Source: Octopus bimaculoides (lineage: Eukaryota). Taken from it: a stretch of DNA of 64,000 nt. Below, in pieces: positions 39,785 through 54,268 of the stretch (position 1 is its first letter; each line of letters starts with the position of its first letter). The stretch covers positions 71,538,124 to 71,602,123 of the forward strand of contig NC_068984.1 in NCBI RefSeq assembly GCF_001194135.2, in the 5' to 3' direction. The notes under the pieces were generated by a model. It worked only from the letters and a program-made list of their open reading frames with translations. It ran no database searches and was not told the DNA's origin. The translations under genes and the position numbers were made by a program.

Positions 39785-42700
39785 TGAAAAAAAAGTCGTC
39801 AGAATTTTGGAATAACTTCTTTCATTTATTTTATACATATATATATATTAGCGCTTTCGTTCGTCTTTCGAACTTGTCAAATATAACTGTGAAAATACAG
39901 AGATCTAGCTTATTTATATAAAAACAGGTGTATTGGGGGGTTTTGTTTATAACAGAACATTGTTTTGTCTTTTGGTTTTTTGGGGGTGAGGCTTTGGAGA
40001 CAATGGAAGATGTATAAGCAAATAGATAGATATATAGGGAGATAGGGAGAGAGATAGATAGACTGAGAGTCAGACAGATAGAGAGATGGATGTGGTAAAA
40101 GAGAGAGAGCAGGGCCATTGTATTGAATTGATCTTTTTAAGGAGTGTAAAAAAAAGGTTAAAAGCTTGTTTACTATTTACTGTATTGTTTTGAGACAGAT
40201 TTTAGGGATGGTAGAAGAAGGAGGAAGAAAAGAAGAAAGAAAAAATAGAGAATAATGAATAGAAAATATAAAGAAAACAAAAAATGTTTTCCTGTTTTTT
40301 CTTTTGTTTTTAGTTCTTTCATTTTATATTCTTTGTCCTTTCTTTTTATAGACTTTGGGTCCCTTTTAGAATATATTCCTGTCATACATTCATTTATTTA
40401 TTTATTTTTTGTAAGGTGTAGTTCTGCATGAGAGTATATTAGTATAATCTTTGTAAATTTGAAAAATTGAATTAATAAAATCAATTTAGTAAAAATAACT
40501 ATATATATCATATCAAACATATATACATATATATACATACAAAACGTATTCCTTGTTTTTCTTTTTTCTCTTTCAAACATTTAACTTTGGGGAAAATTTT
40601 TTTATGAAGAGTAGTTCCATTGCCTTTCGGTATTGTGGATCGTCCCGTGTACATTTATAAAAGGGAAAGATTTTGAGCTTTCCGTCTCCGCATATTTTAG
40701 CATGGAAAGCGGACGTTAAACGATGACGATCTGCTTATATACACACCTGCACATATAAATTTAAATATGTATAAAACTAATCTATGAGAGGTGAGGAAAG
40801 ATATATGTCATGTGTGGCACATTGATTGGTGTTACTCCATTCAACTTACTATTGAAACTGACTTGTATTCTCATATGCTTATTGATTCAGTTACATGTCT
40901 TAGTGCTATATTACAAGGATATATAAAAATGCTATCTTTCAACAAAACCATTATGTTTATCTAAAGCATATTGGTAAATAATAGAAGAAGCATCATTTTT
41001 AGTATAGCAGTCTTATTGCGTTCAGATTCCCATTAATATTATGAACTTTCTCGACTATGTATGTTTGAGGGATGTTAGCATGTGTTCCTTCTTGAGACTT
41101 CTATGGTACACTGTATTACAAAATACAGCATATCATAGAAGTCCCTTTGTCGTTGAATGTAATTTTGTATCATATATATTGTAATCATTTTATAGGTGTC
41201 ATTGTCAAGAGTGAAGAACTTACAGATAATGAATGTAATGAATCTATCAAAAATTGTTCATTTTGGTGGTTTACAGCAAATTAGAGTCTTTTCTGATTAC
41301 TGAAGGATTTTCCATAAGTTTTCCATAATGTGGGTTGAGAATGCGTATTTTGGGTGTTCCTCTGAAAATGATATTTTCTATCCTTAACTAAGTGTCCAGA
41401 AGAGTTACAATTTTATTGAGATGCACACAGGGATAATCAATAGTGACTTTATTTTATTATGAATAAAATTTCTTATGCCATATATAGTACATGTGTTTTC
41501 TTCATTCACATGGTTGTCAATGTGAAGAGTCATTTTAAAAAGTTTAATGGATGGATGGCTTCTGGTTGTTCAGAATTGGCATACTTTGACCAGAAGGCTC
41601 TAGAGTGAAAATCGGTTGTACCAAAAACTGAAACAAGTGCTGCTTGTTATACAATACTAAGATGATGTACCAATATTTGTATAATTCCCAGCACTTTAAT
41701 TTCATCAACGAATGGGCTTCAGAGCTTCAACTTTCTGATCACACATCCTCTACTAATAGGATTTTAATTGGGAGAGCTTGTGGACTTGTGACCAGCTTAA
41801 TGTGAGATATTCACAGCATTAAACTTTTTAAAATGACTCTTCACATTGACAACCATGTGAATGAAGGAAACACATGTACTATACATATATCTTTCCTCAT
41901 CTCTCATAGATTAGTTTTATACATATTTAAATTTATATGTGCAGGTGTGTATATAAGCAGACCGTCATCGTTTAACGTCCGCTTTCCATGCTAAAATATG
42001 CGGAGACGGAAAGTTCAAAATCTTTCCCTTTTATAAATGTACACGGGACGATCCACAATACCGAAAGGCAATGGAACTACTCTTCATAAAAAAAAAATTC
42101 CCCAATGTTAAATGTTTGAAAGAGAAAAAGAAAAACAAGGAATACGTTTTGTATGTATATATATATGTATATATATTTGATATGATATATATAGTTATTT
42201 TTACTAAATTGATTTTATTAATTCAATTTTTCAAATTTACAAAGATTATACTAATATACTCTCATGCAGAACTAGACCTTACAAAAAATAAATAAATAAA
42301 TGAATGTATGACGGGAATATATTCTAAAAGGGACCCAAAGTCTATAAAAAGAAAGGACAAAGAATATAAAATGAAAGAACTAAAAGCAAAAGAAAAAACA
42401 GGAAGACATTTTTTGTTTTCTTTATATTTTCTATTCATTATTCTCTATTTTTTCTTTCTTTTTCCATTCTTCTTTTCTTCCTCCTTCTTCTACCATCCCT
42501 AAAATCTGTCTCAAAACAAACCAGTAAGTAGTAAACAAGCTTTTAACCATTTTTTGACACTCCTTAAAAAGACCAATTCTCTCTTTTACCACATCCATCT
42601 CTCTATCTGTCTGACTATCAGTCTATCTCTCTCTCTCTCTATCTGCCTATCTATCTATCCATTTGCTTATACATCTTCTATTGTCTCCAAAGCCTAACCC

Positions 42701-42899
42701 CCAAAAAACAAAAAGACAAAACAATGTTCTGTTATAAACAAAAAAAACCAAAACACCTGTTTTTATATAAATAAGCTAGATCTCTGTATTTTCACAGTTA
42801 TATTTGACAAGTTCGAAAGACGAACGAAAGTGCTATTATATGTATAAAATAAATGAAAGAAGTTATTCCAAATTTCTGACGACTTTTTTTTTTCAATAT
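39781..42899. repeat. Long inverted repeat: arms 39781-40808 and 41883-42899, spacer about 1.07 kb
   Basis: Arms align as reverse complements end to end with a few percent differences; mirrored ORFs 40173..40385(-)/42308..42502(+) and 40398..40580(-)/42071..42295(+). Confidence 0.95.
41481..41883. repeat. Nested inverted repeat: arms 41481-41549 and 41817-41883
   Basis: ATAGTACATGTG...AAGTTTAATG versus CATTAAACTT...CACATGTACTAT, nearly identical. Confidence 0.95.
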
Positions 42900-43108
42900 T
42901 TACTTCTGTACATCACACCTAACACTCTNNNNNNNNNNNNNNNNNNNNNNNNNNNNNNNNNNNNNNNNNNNNNNNNNNNNNNNNNNNNNNNNNNNNNNNN
43001 NNNNNNNNNNNNNNNNNNNNNNNNNNNNNNNNNNNNNNNNNNNNNNNNNNACACACACACACACACACACATATATATAGAGAGATAGATAGATAGATAG
43101 ATAGATAT

Positions 43109-43167
<59 letters not shown>

Positions 43168-46100
43168 CTTGAAATGTTTCGAAAAACAAAAGACAAAGAT
43201 AAGTGCATGAAAAACAAACACGTATATTAGTTTGACACTTGAAAAATGAAAGAAGTATTTTACGTGTCTAGCCTACGCTCTTCAAGAGAAAGCAATAAGA
43301 AGAAATGAACAAGGGGAGAGTGAAAAAACTTGTAGAGTTCAGCCGTCAAACAAGGCGGTGGATTAGTAAAAAGAGGTTGAAAGTAAGGGACATAATAATA
43401 AGAAAAAACGGGTTCAATGAAACCGAGATAATTATAGTGCTAGTAATCCCAACAAGAGAAGGTGTGCGTGCATATCTATGTGAGAATAGTGTGTGTGAAT
43501 GTGTGTGTATATGCGAATAGAGGCGAGTGATTCTGACGTGTGTGTGTGTGTGTGTGGATGATGTTGTGTTGTGTGAGTGTTGAGAAGTGGTCAGTTCAAG
43601 TGTATGAGGAGAAGGTGAGGTTGGTGTCATATGAAGAGAGGAGGTGAGTTGAGTCAATGTGGCACAACAGAGCGAAGAGAGAAAATAATTTCCTGTTTGC
43701 GGCAAAGGCGGGAATCCGAGTGGACCCTGTGCAAACATAGTCCGAACAAAGAAGTTGTAGTGAATGACAGGTAGGGCAGCGGCAATGGCGCGACACCAGG
43801 TTATCATTGCCGAGTCTGATGTCACATATCTGAGTATGTATACACAATATCATTCGTTTAACACTCAATGAATAGGGGCACATTCGATAATATGCTTATT
43901 TGAATTGTACTCAGTAGCAATGTTTCTTCTTTGGCATTCGAAAGTAGTTTTGCTCTTTATTTTCGACTTACGTTTGTCAGTTTCTTTTCATTATATAATG
44001 AAAAGGTGTTCCGTTTATGGGGTGTTTTTTCTCATAAATGCACGGGATTAAAGGATGAAGTATAAACCATATCCCAATGAATGCAGGTATATGAAATTTA
44101 ATGCTGGGTTTGTCATATTTATCGATGTAAAAGCCTTAGCATTGTCACGCACAATTATTGAGAAGGACGTAACGTTTTAATGCGCCTAGCGATCTGGAGT
44201 GTTTGGCAAAGGATTTCAAGCAACATCTGTGTTGTTACGAATGTCAATAAATACACCCCTATAACTACCACTTATGAGTCAGTGGTTTGCAGCGCATCAT
44301 TGATTACTTCACAAATACAAACCTGTCGAACTGGCCATCATGTTATATCTATGTAATTTCATGATGTCTCTTATCATCTGAGACTTTAATCGCAGATCTG
44401 TCAAAAATGAGAGCTTTTCTTAGTTTGGTAATATTCACACTTTCGGAATCACCACCGTCTCCTCTAAGAAATAAAGATTTCGATTTTTCATTTACGTAAA
44501 ACCCATGTATTCCTATATATCTTCTTACTTGATCAAAACTGCCTAAGATTTTCTGTATCTTCTCCAGATCTTCCCTTACAAAATATCTTTTTCGTCTTTA
44601 CTAATAATTTTTATTCTCCTTCCTCGAATGCATTGTTTCGTATAAGCTAGTTCCTTCTCTCCCTTCGTTCTTTCGTCCCATTTACATTTTGTTTCTCTAC
44701 CAAGTCATGTTTTAAATTCGCAAAAACGATGTTAGCAGAACCGACCGAAACATTCTTAGTGACAGGAACGTGAATTACTTCAGAATTTCATAATTTGATT
44801 ATTTATTCATTCACGTTTACTTATTTGTAACACTGGCTATCAAGAAATTTCCTAAAGCCCTCCGTTTAATAATTATTATATTATTTCTTTCCCAATACAT
44901 AAATTATGATTTTAAAATCTTTAAGTTACTCGTATTTTTGTCTTGTTTCGGTGACGTTGTCAACGAAAGTTCATAGAATTTTAGCAGTTTAAAAAAAAGC
45001 ATTCGAAATTTGTCAAATTCATTCTTCTTTAAATATAATTAATGACATGTGAAAAACTTAAAGTGATTTCAATTCATAACCGAACAACGTGTTGAGCACA
45101 CAACATACCATGGAATTTTAAAAATACAAAACTATTTTTGTACGTAACGTATTCAGGGACTCGAAATATAAAAAACACAAATGAATGGCTGCCAAAATAG
45201 TAGTGCTTTTAGTAGCGGCAAAAATAGTAGCACAAATGAATAGCAGCAAAAGTAGTAGACAAAAATAGTAGTTATTGCTTATTTTTTTATATCTTGATGC
45301 TTTTGTTAATTTCTCCAAATGCTAGAATAACTTCATATCAAGTTACGTTTAAAAATTCGCGAATAATATTACATCACTGAAATTTCAAGGCCAATACATC
45401 ATTGAACTTTCAAGAATTTTTAAGATGAATATGAATTCATATAAAATATATAAGCAAATCAGAATAGATAGAAATAGACTTCACTTTGATACATGACTAC
45501 GGGAGAATTTCAGCTCATCACTGCAAACCAATAAATCCTCTACGTATTTAAGAGGAGCAGCTGAGTAGATTATTAATTGGTATCTGATTTTGATAAAAAA
45601 ATATAAGCATGTCTGTTGAAAGATCGTCTGGAACTTTGATTCAAAGATCTTAAGGATGACATCATCATATGAACCCCAGATATGTCTGGTGTTCAGGCAG
45701 ATTTCTAGTAATTTCAGCTGTCTGTAATTTTACAAAGGCAGAGCCAGATAAAAGCACCGTATACTGCAGATGGTTGTGCTTTTTAAAATAGAGTAAGCGG
45801 CCGATACATGTATTACAATCAACAAATTTGCTATATATTCTGAAGAATTATTAGCATTATTTCCACCCCTTCTGTACATCGTACTAAAGTTAATTCGTGT
45901 CTAATTTAGTAGCGGTGTAATTACATGACATTGTATTTTCTGGTGTTGCGATTGTTAGATTACATTATTCAATGAAATATCTCTCTCCTGTGACTGTTAC
46001 AAAATGTGCTTGTAATAAATACCAGCAGCTTTAACCTCTTTTCAATTAATCGTGCCAGTTCTCAACGTTTGATATATTCTCTAAGTACTAACCTTACTTT

Positions 46101-48013
46101 CGTTAACTGTGATGGAATGGTTTCTTTCATAGAATTTATTTCATTATCATCAATTCTGTAAGCAACGCTAGTTATTCTAACCTTCAATAATCTGATTAAT
46201 TCGTATATGTTGGTGCCAAATCTATATCAATTTCTATGAACAGATAAAAGGACTGACTATCTCTTAGAATCAGAAAAGTCACATGCAAACGGCAAGAAAT
46301 CCGTTGTAGCTCATATGTGGGCTGCAAGTGATTGGATAGATTGTACACTTGACAGTAAGGAAATTTATATAGACAAAATCAGATCGACAAAGACAAGTTT
46401 TATTGTGTTTTATATGTAAGCTAATAAATATTCTATATCTTATTCTGAATTCACATACCTCAGTAACTCTATTGCTTATTGGTGTTCATACAACCAGGCG
46501 TTTGCTTAAATGCATAAAGTCAAGCAGATTGCTTTGCCAGGAAAAACAGTATGACAGCTTGCTATTGTTTGCAATACCCAAGATATTAAAATGATATTTG
46601 AAATTCGATTTTTACAGACAATGTCAATTAATTATCCACTATATATCGAATAGACATGTTTGTTGACATCTTTGTAATATAAACGAAATTAAAATTTTAT
46701 AACAGAGTATATTTTGAGGCACTTGTGTTTTACATTAGACTGTATTTAAAGGGTAGGAATATATAAGAACATATCTGAATGTGTTTGGATATATGATTCT
46801 TAACGAAATAAAATTATGTTTCGAATTCCATTACTAAAATTGTCTTCCATCAAAGCAATCTTTTCCCCGGTGTTTCATTACGATGCTTTATATACAATAG
46901 AAAAAAAAATTGCTATTTTCCTACCTTTATTTAAGCATTCCTTGTCTCAGAAAAAAACTGACAGACAAGCACCATAATATAACGTGTTTCTAACAACATC
47001 GTTTTGGCTTGTGGGAATTTATATGTTAGTCCATGTCTGACTTACTGAGGAAAATTAATAATTTATTAAAAAGATAACACTTCTGACCTTAACGCACACT
47101 TCTGTTCTTAGTAACCAATTTAGTGATGATTTCACTATCCAATAAGAACAAATAAATATGGAACCTGTCTAGCTCTTACATTTAACACAAGCTCTGCAGC
47201 TGGGAAAACAGAAAATATTGCTCTCTGTGAAACTTGACAGTATTTCATCGTTCTATGCTGTTTCTTCAAATGTCATTCTCCTGTTTGTTAGTTTCAAAAT
47301 GTAAACAGAACTAAAAAAAAAAGCCTAGTTGTGTAATTGTAATCAAATATTTAGGTAATTTCAATTTCTAACTCAATGTAAGTAGGAAGAATTATAGAAT
47401 TTGATTAGCAACAAATAATATAAAATTTAATTCGCACCCTCAATCTATCTTGGAATACTTTAGTTACATTTAATTTGTTCCGAATGAAAATCAAATGAAG
47501 CAATCTATTTGCTTTCGAATGCTTGTTTCATTTTACTGAGCAAAATCAAGGACACATTTGATGATTTAATCGGATTAAATTGTAATTCAGTAGTTTCTTC
47601 CAAAAAGAAATAGCTGTAAGTTTTTATTTATGTATGACGTCTATGAAACTGCGGCGCTTGGTAATTAAAAACTTCACTTCAAAATCGTTAATTTTGCAAT
47701 TCCAAATGATACACATTTTTTTATCAAACTGATACGTAACAAAATAAAATTGAAACAGAAGCCAGAGAATGCAAGTCAAGTAAGAAATATAGCACGGATA
47801 CAACAATTCTTTTAAAACTTTCAAATTCCATTTTCAACTTATTTCTTACAGATACAGTTATAAGAGCCAGTAATAATCATTTTGAATAAATAGACATAAA
47901 AGTATTTTGTGCCGAGTAACTTAAATTTTAGAAGATATTTTATATTTGAAAATATAATTTTGGCTCAAGGTCAGAAATTTCAGGGAACGGGTAATTCTAT
48001 TACATTGGCACCA

Positions 48014-48160
48014 GGACTTGAGTGGTACATATTTTATCGACCTCGAAATGTGAAAAGCAAAGCCGACTTCAGCAGAATTTCAACTCAGAGTGTAAAGATG
48101 GACGAAATACTCCTAAGTATTTCGCTAGGCGTACTAACGATTCACCCACCTCGCTGCCTT
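48014..48160 (-). mobile_element. tRNA-derived SINE 5' part
   Basis: Minus strand AAGGCAGCGAGGTGGGTGAATCGTTAG...CTGAGTTGAAATTCTGCTGAAGTCGGCTTTGCTTTTCAC..GGTCGATAAAAT; degenerate A/B boxes. Confidence 0.7.
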
Positions 48161-48880
48161 AAGTTGTAAACTGCACGTTGAAACTACCTGTTGGAATGCC
48201 AAGAAAATACTGTAGCGGGATATGCGAGGAATACAGGTGCTATACATTAGATATCTCTCATGATTCTAATTGGAAATGTGTGCTACCTATTAAGTAATTG
48301 ACGCAATGTGTTATATAAAAGACACAACAAAACAGTGTGAATTATTTTTCTGTGATATTTACGTTCTAACCAGTTGTGAATCTTCATTCTGTAAATATTT
48401 TCTTCTTCGTGTAAAAATTGAAACCCAAAAGATATATATTTTTATCCAGTTAAAAACGTAAACAGGTTGGTGACAATCTTATTCGTACGAATTATTTACA
48501 ATTATCTGTTATTATTTATATTTAACACTCCTTGAATCGTCTCATGCTCAACACACTTAATGCATTAAATATTACAACAGATGGTGAGTAGAAACGATGT
48601 CAGATTAACAGATATAACATTACTTCAACTAATAACGTTACACTCATGTATATCTATATCTATGCATATATATANNNNNNNNNNNNNNNNNNNNNNNNNN
48701 NNNNNNNNNNNNNNNNNNNNNNNNNNNNNNNNNNNNNNNNNNNNNNNNNNNNNNNNNNNNNNNNNNNNNNNNNNNNNNNNNNNNNNNNNNNNNNNNNNNN
48801 NNNNNNNNNNNNNNNNNNNNNNNNNNNNNNNNNNNNNNNNNNNNNNNNNNNNNNNNNNNNNNNNNNNNNNNNNNNNNNNA

Positions 48881-49135
48881 CTTCAGCTCTGCTTCGAAGA
48901 ACTTAATCTATATTCTTAAATGTTGAGGCTGTTGTGGTGACTACATTGTTCAAACTAGCATAACTTTGAGGGATAGACTTACGGTGCACAGGCAACAAAT
49001 CCAGGACCCCACCACTAGAAAAAAGTGCCGTAACGAACCACTTAGACAAATGCCCCGTGGACATAAACCCTATATACCAAGTTTTCCCACTCTATCAATG
49101 CACTGGAAACACTTCAGCCCAATTCCGTTTAAATA
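48881..49135 (+). mobile_element. Penelope-like GIY-YIG endonuclease 3' fragment (CxxC type)
   Basis: SASKNLIYILKC*GCCGDYIVQTSITLRDRLTVHRQQIQDP...NHLDKC..NPIYQVFPLY...RLNKE. Confidence 0.8.
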
Positions 49136-49811
49136 AGGAAAATATACTGATTAAACATATAAACCACAACTGAATATCCTTTAGAAAGAAGAAAACGCAG
49201 TAAAAAGAAAAGAAAAATATTAATTTCAACACAAAAACAACCAGGAGCAACAAATTGAATTTTTTTAAACTTTAGTAACAATCTTCCAACCGCGTTCCGA
49301 AACCGCAACCACAAATCACCATACAGACACTGGTTGCCGACAACACCCACCAATGAAATTTTACAAACATAGGTTGTTGACGTCGCCTAACTCCAGATTA
49401 ATCAAAACCGAACTTCAGCGAATACAAAGAAATGAAAAGGAGACCAAACAAGCCTGACCATGGAAACAAAACGTCACCAGTATTTTAAAGAATCAAAAAT
49501 CAGATCCGCTCGCAGAAAAAAAATATAAATGCATCTGATCCCAAAACATACCACTACAAACAAAAGCGTCTATTATAAGAGGATCAGAGAAACTATAAAC
49601 CAAATTCCCTTTTTTTTACTCTTTTCAGTTCACACTTGTTCTTTGTTTTTTTTTTCAGTATGACTTCTCCACCAACACTAAAATTAATGAACTTTGTACA
49701 TTCAAAGAAATTGATATACAGTTTTAATTTTATTGACTGTTATGAACATACAAACGTCTCTTTATTGACTGCTATGAACATTCAAGCTTCTCTTTTGAAC
49801 ATGTTAGTTTA

Positions 49812-49872
49812 TCAACGTTGAAACATCTTCATCTGTCAACATTGAAACATTTTCATTTGTTAACATTGAAAC
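49812..49872. repeat. 24-bp minisatellite, about 2.6 copies
   Basis: T(C/T)AAC(G/A)TTGAAAC starting at 49812, 49836 and 49860. Confidence 0.85.
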
Positions 49873-49977
49873 TTTCAAAGATGTTTTTCTAATTTTAAAC
49901 TTTTACCAATGATAAACAAATAATATTGTTGATACTAGTTTGGTATATATGCAAATGATTGTATTTANNNNNNNNNN

Positions 49978-50048
<71 letters not shown>

Positions 50049-50543
50049 TATGTGTGTGTGTGTGTGTGAGTGTGTGTATGTATGCACGCAAGCAAACATA
50101 CACATGCATATATTATAAATATTAACATTTTAAGATGTTTTACATGAGTAAATTTATTTTACGATGAAATTTTTATTAGTAATTAAAGAAAACATCTAAG
50201 CATTTTTATCAAAAAATATACTTCCCGTTCCAGTGAAGCAAGAAGACGATTTTGTCATGTTGAAAATCAATCGAAACTTCCAAAACTATATCATGTATAG
50301 AAATCTAATTTATTCAATCCAAATTTCATCCTTACTTTTTAAGTCATTAGAAACATAGCCCTATTTTGATAGATAGAAAAATACCTTCCTTTATCCATGT
50401 TATAATTATCAACACATTTTTTCTCTATGATTTTAACGTGTGTGCGTGTCTGTGTGTATGTGTTTATGTGTGTGCTTATAAGTATGGACATCTACGAATA
50501 ATTATGAATGTATAAATATACAAGTACACACACGTGCATGTTC

Positions 50544-50714
50544 TAGGGGTGCTGATATGTTCCTGGCTTTAAGTGTTCTTTTACATGGCTTAGAAAACTT
50601 AAGTTCCGCTGGAAAATTGCGTCAATCCTAGAATATGTTAAATAAAGTCATAATCACATGACCATCCTGTACTTTCGTTTATCCCACCAAAAGGAAATTT
50701 TCAGCTTTCTCCGC

Positions 50715-50719
<5 letters not shown>
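50544..50719 (+). mobile_element. Internally deleted mariner (MITE-like)
   Basis: Left end GGGGTGCTGATATGTTCC, right end GGAAATTTTCAGC (degenerate inverse); interior resembles the mariner C-terminal RW.KCV.L..EYVE*. Confidence 0.6.
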
Positions 50720-50747
<28 letters not shown>

Positions 50748-50966
50748 NNNNNNNNNNNNNNNNNNNNNNNNNNNNNNNNNNNNNNNNNNNNNNNNNNNNN
50801 NNNNNNNNNNNNNNNNNNNNNNNNNNNNNNNNNNNNNNNNNNNNNNNNNNNNNNNNNNNNNNNNNNNNNNNNNNNNNNNNNNNNNNNNNNNNNNNNNNNN
50901 NNNNNNNNNNNNNNNNNNNNNNNNNNNNNNNNNNNNNNNNNNNNNNNNNNNNNNNNNNNNNNNNNN

Positions 50967-51003
<37 letters not shown>

Positions 51004-51954
51004 GCGCATATGTTCTGCTGAAATGGCAGTTGTATCATTGAATATAAGAACACACACATATATATATATATATATATATGCGCATATGTTCTGCTGAAAT
51101 GGCAGTTGTATCATTGAATATAAGAATGTCATCGAAAATATCTTCGCAGCGATTGAAAGTGTTAAGTATGTTATTTATATGTGTAACTTTTATTTCTTAA
51201 GAGCATTAAAATATGTAACTGAATGTAGCATATCCAGAAACATTCAAAATGAATTAAGTTATGATATTTTTAGAGGGCATTATGCGATTTGGTTATAAAA
51301 TTATCCGCCTTATGGAAATGAATATTGAAATAAATAACAAACGTCGTAGAGGATCTGCATTTTATATGAATAAAAATCAAATAGTTTATGACAAGGCCTA
51401 AGGGATAAGAAAAAATCATTGCAATATTGAAGACAGCAAAATCAGTTCCATAAACAAATTGGGTTATGTAGCACAGATTGGGGCAATATGTGTATCTCAG
51501 AGGCAAAAAAATAAAGAACAGATATTTGAGTGGAGTTTTTCATTAATGCGCGGATGGAAATATTGTGCTGAATACTGCACTTAAAGTAGTACGAATAATG
51601 CAGACTTCAGTACACGTCAGACTTCAGTACAAATCATAGACATAGTATTTATGCAACATAGACAATATGTGTGTGTGTTGTATATGTACATGAAAGTGCG
51701 TACATTTCATTCTTCCTTTTCCTTTCTTCCCTCTTCCTTCTCTCTGTCTCTCAGTCTCTCTCTCCTCAGTCTCTCCTCTCTCTCTATCTCTCGCTCTCTC
51801 TCTATTTACACATGCAAGTAGATATATATTTGTATGTCTGTGTGTAACACACATATGCACCCATGCACATACAAACATATTTGCACACACACACACACAC
51901 ACACACACACTCATATATATATAATGGCCAATATAGGCATACATATATTTCATA

Positions 51955-52106
51955 GAAGAAGAAGAAGAAGAAGAAGAAGAAGAAGAAGAAGAAGAAGAAG
52001 AAGAAGAAGAAGAAGAAGAAGAAGAAGAAGAAGAAGAAGAAGAAGAAGAAGAAGAAGAAGAAGAAGAAGAAGAAGAAGAAGAAGAAGAAGAAGAAGAAGA
52101 AGAAGA
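51955..52106. repeat. Pure (GAA)n, about 50 units
   Basis: Direct reading. Confidence 0.97.
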
Positions 52107-52420
52107 TCGTCCACGGAAAGGTTACTTGGAATTTGGCCACAGTTTTTTTAGCAATTCCTCATACAACGTGGGAAGCAAGAAAAATGCATTTGCTCTAAGC
52201 TAATTCTATTGCGAATAGTAAATGAATAATACTTGATATTCATGAATACAAAATCATGATTTATTCTAATTAATTCACCAGGAAATTTTTTTACATTTTT
52301 TTTACATATGTAATTGGATAAGGAAAAATAATAGGACTTTATTTAAGGTTTGACGTCTACAAGACAACTTATGAAAAATGTGTTATAAATTTGGATTTCC
52401 ACTGTCCACCTACTAAAATG

Positions 52421-53712
52421 TTCGAAATATATGTGGTTTGTCTAGCTCGTGATCAACGACACTTAGGACTGGTTGTCATTATCTCTATAGTCGCAAATGC
52501 AAAATATGGAAGCTGTCCATACGTCCTTCTGTCAATCTATCAATCTATTTATCAATCTATCTATCTATCTATACACAGATAGATAGATAAATTAATTTAT
52601 AAATTTATCAGCATGTATCTGTATATCATATATATANNNNNNNNNNNNNNNNNNNNNNNNNNNNNNNNNNNNNNNNNNNNNNNNNNNNNNNNNNNNNNNN
52701 NNNNNNNNNNNNNNNNNNNNNNNNNNNNNNNNNNNNNNNNNNNNNNNNNNNNNNNNNNNNNNNNNNNNNNNNNNNNNNNNNNNNNNNNNNNNNNNNNNNN
52801 NNNNNNNNNNNNNNNNNNNNNNNNNNNNNNNNNNNNNNATATATATGTGTGTGTGTATATGTATATATATATATATATTGCAAGTAGAGGTTATAAGCAG
52901 AAATCCACCTCGCAAGTGGGTCTATCATATGGCGTAGGTATAAAAAGTGAACACAAAACACATTTAAAATTTACGAGAGCTCTTTCGATATAATATTACA
53001 TTATTATATACAATCCATCATCGTGTAGTGAAATTTTAAACTGATAAGATTTTAAACAAGTAAGATTTAAAGATCAGCCCGGACGTAGCAATCATTACCT
53101 GGGAAAGTGATGTATTTAAGATTTACTTTCGAATATACCGAAGAATTAGATGTGGCTTGAAACAGGCAAGCAAGAAACGAAGACATCATATAGATATTCA
53201 ATCCAAATACACTTATCTAAACTAGTTTATGATCTAACACTGACACGGATTAATCTGAGGCATCATTAGGCATCGTGGTCCAAACAGTTGTCTTTAATAA
53301 AACTTAGATTTATTCTTAGTTAAAAGATATACTTTAATAAATCCACCGAAAACTAACGCTAAAGGTGAAACAATCGCTAAACATCAGTTTTCCTATTCGT
53401 ACGTAGACAATAAATACACACATATACATATAACATATAAACTCGTTAACATGCTGAGATCCGCTTGGTCATGACTGACCATGAATCCCATGGTAATGAT
53501 TGCTACGTCCGGGCTGATCTTTAAATCTTACCTGTTTAAAATCTTATCAGTTTAAAATTTCACTACACGATGATGGATTGTGTATAATGATGTAATATTA
53601 TATCGAAAGAGCTCTCGTAAATTTTAAATGTCTTTCGGGTTCACTTATTATACCTACGCCATATGATAGACCCACTTGCGAGGTGGATTTCTGCTTATAA
53701 CCTCTACTTGCA

Positions 53713-53743
<31 letters not shown>

Positions 53744-53979
53744 ATACAGATACATACTGATAAATTTATAAATTAATTTATCTATCTATCTGTGTATAGA
53801 TAGATAGATAGATACTTAGACAGATAGATAAATAGATAGATAGATTGATAAATAGATTGATAGATTGACAGAAGGACGTATGGACAGCTTCCATATTTTG
53901 CATTTGCGACTATAGAGATAATGACGACCAGTTCTAAGTGTCGTTGATCACGAGCTAGGCAAACCACATATATTTCGAA
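52421..53979. repeat. Inverted duplication: arms 52421-53100 and 53491-53979
   Basis: Reverse-complement identity with about ten substitutions and microsatellite length changes; the left arm spans an N gap. Confidence 0.95.
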
Positions 53980-54268
53980 AGTTACCCTCCCAGGCACAAG
54001 TGTGGGCAAATTTATTTATGGAAGACCAGCAGTCGACCATGCATACCGGCGTACCCTCTCCATGCCACCACTGTTATCCAAGGGAAAGGAAAAGGCCGAT
54101 ACAGCTTGGTACCTGTGAAGTCGCAACTCATTTCTACAGCTAAGTGAACTGGAGCAACGTGAAATACGTTGTCTCGCTCAAGAACACAACACGCAGCCCT
54201 GTCCGAGATTCGAACTCACAACCTCACGATCGTGAGCTCGACGCTCTAACCACTGAACCATTCGCCTT
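53980..54268 (-). mobile_element. tRNA-derived SINE, apparently full length
   Basis: Minus strand AAGGCGAATGGTTCAGTGGTTAGAGCG (A box) ... GAGTTCGAATC (B box), body GTGTTGTGTTCTTGAGC..TTGCTCCAGTTCAC; assigning 53980-54060 to the SINE tail is inference. Confidence 0.8.

Noticed and set aside
50975-51126. Identical 76-bp-period tandem duplication
   Set aside because: Exact copy seeded by a CA/TA microsatellite at a gap edge; likely a gap-closing artefact.
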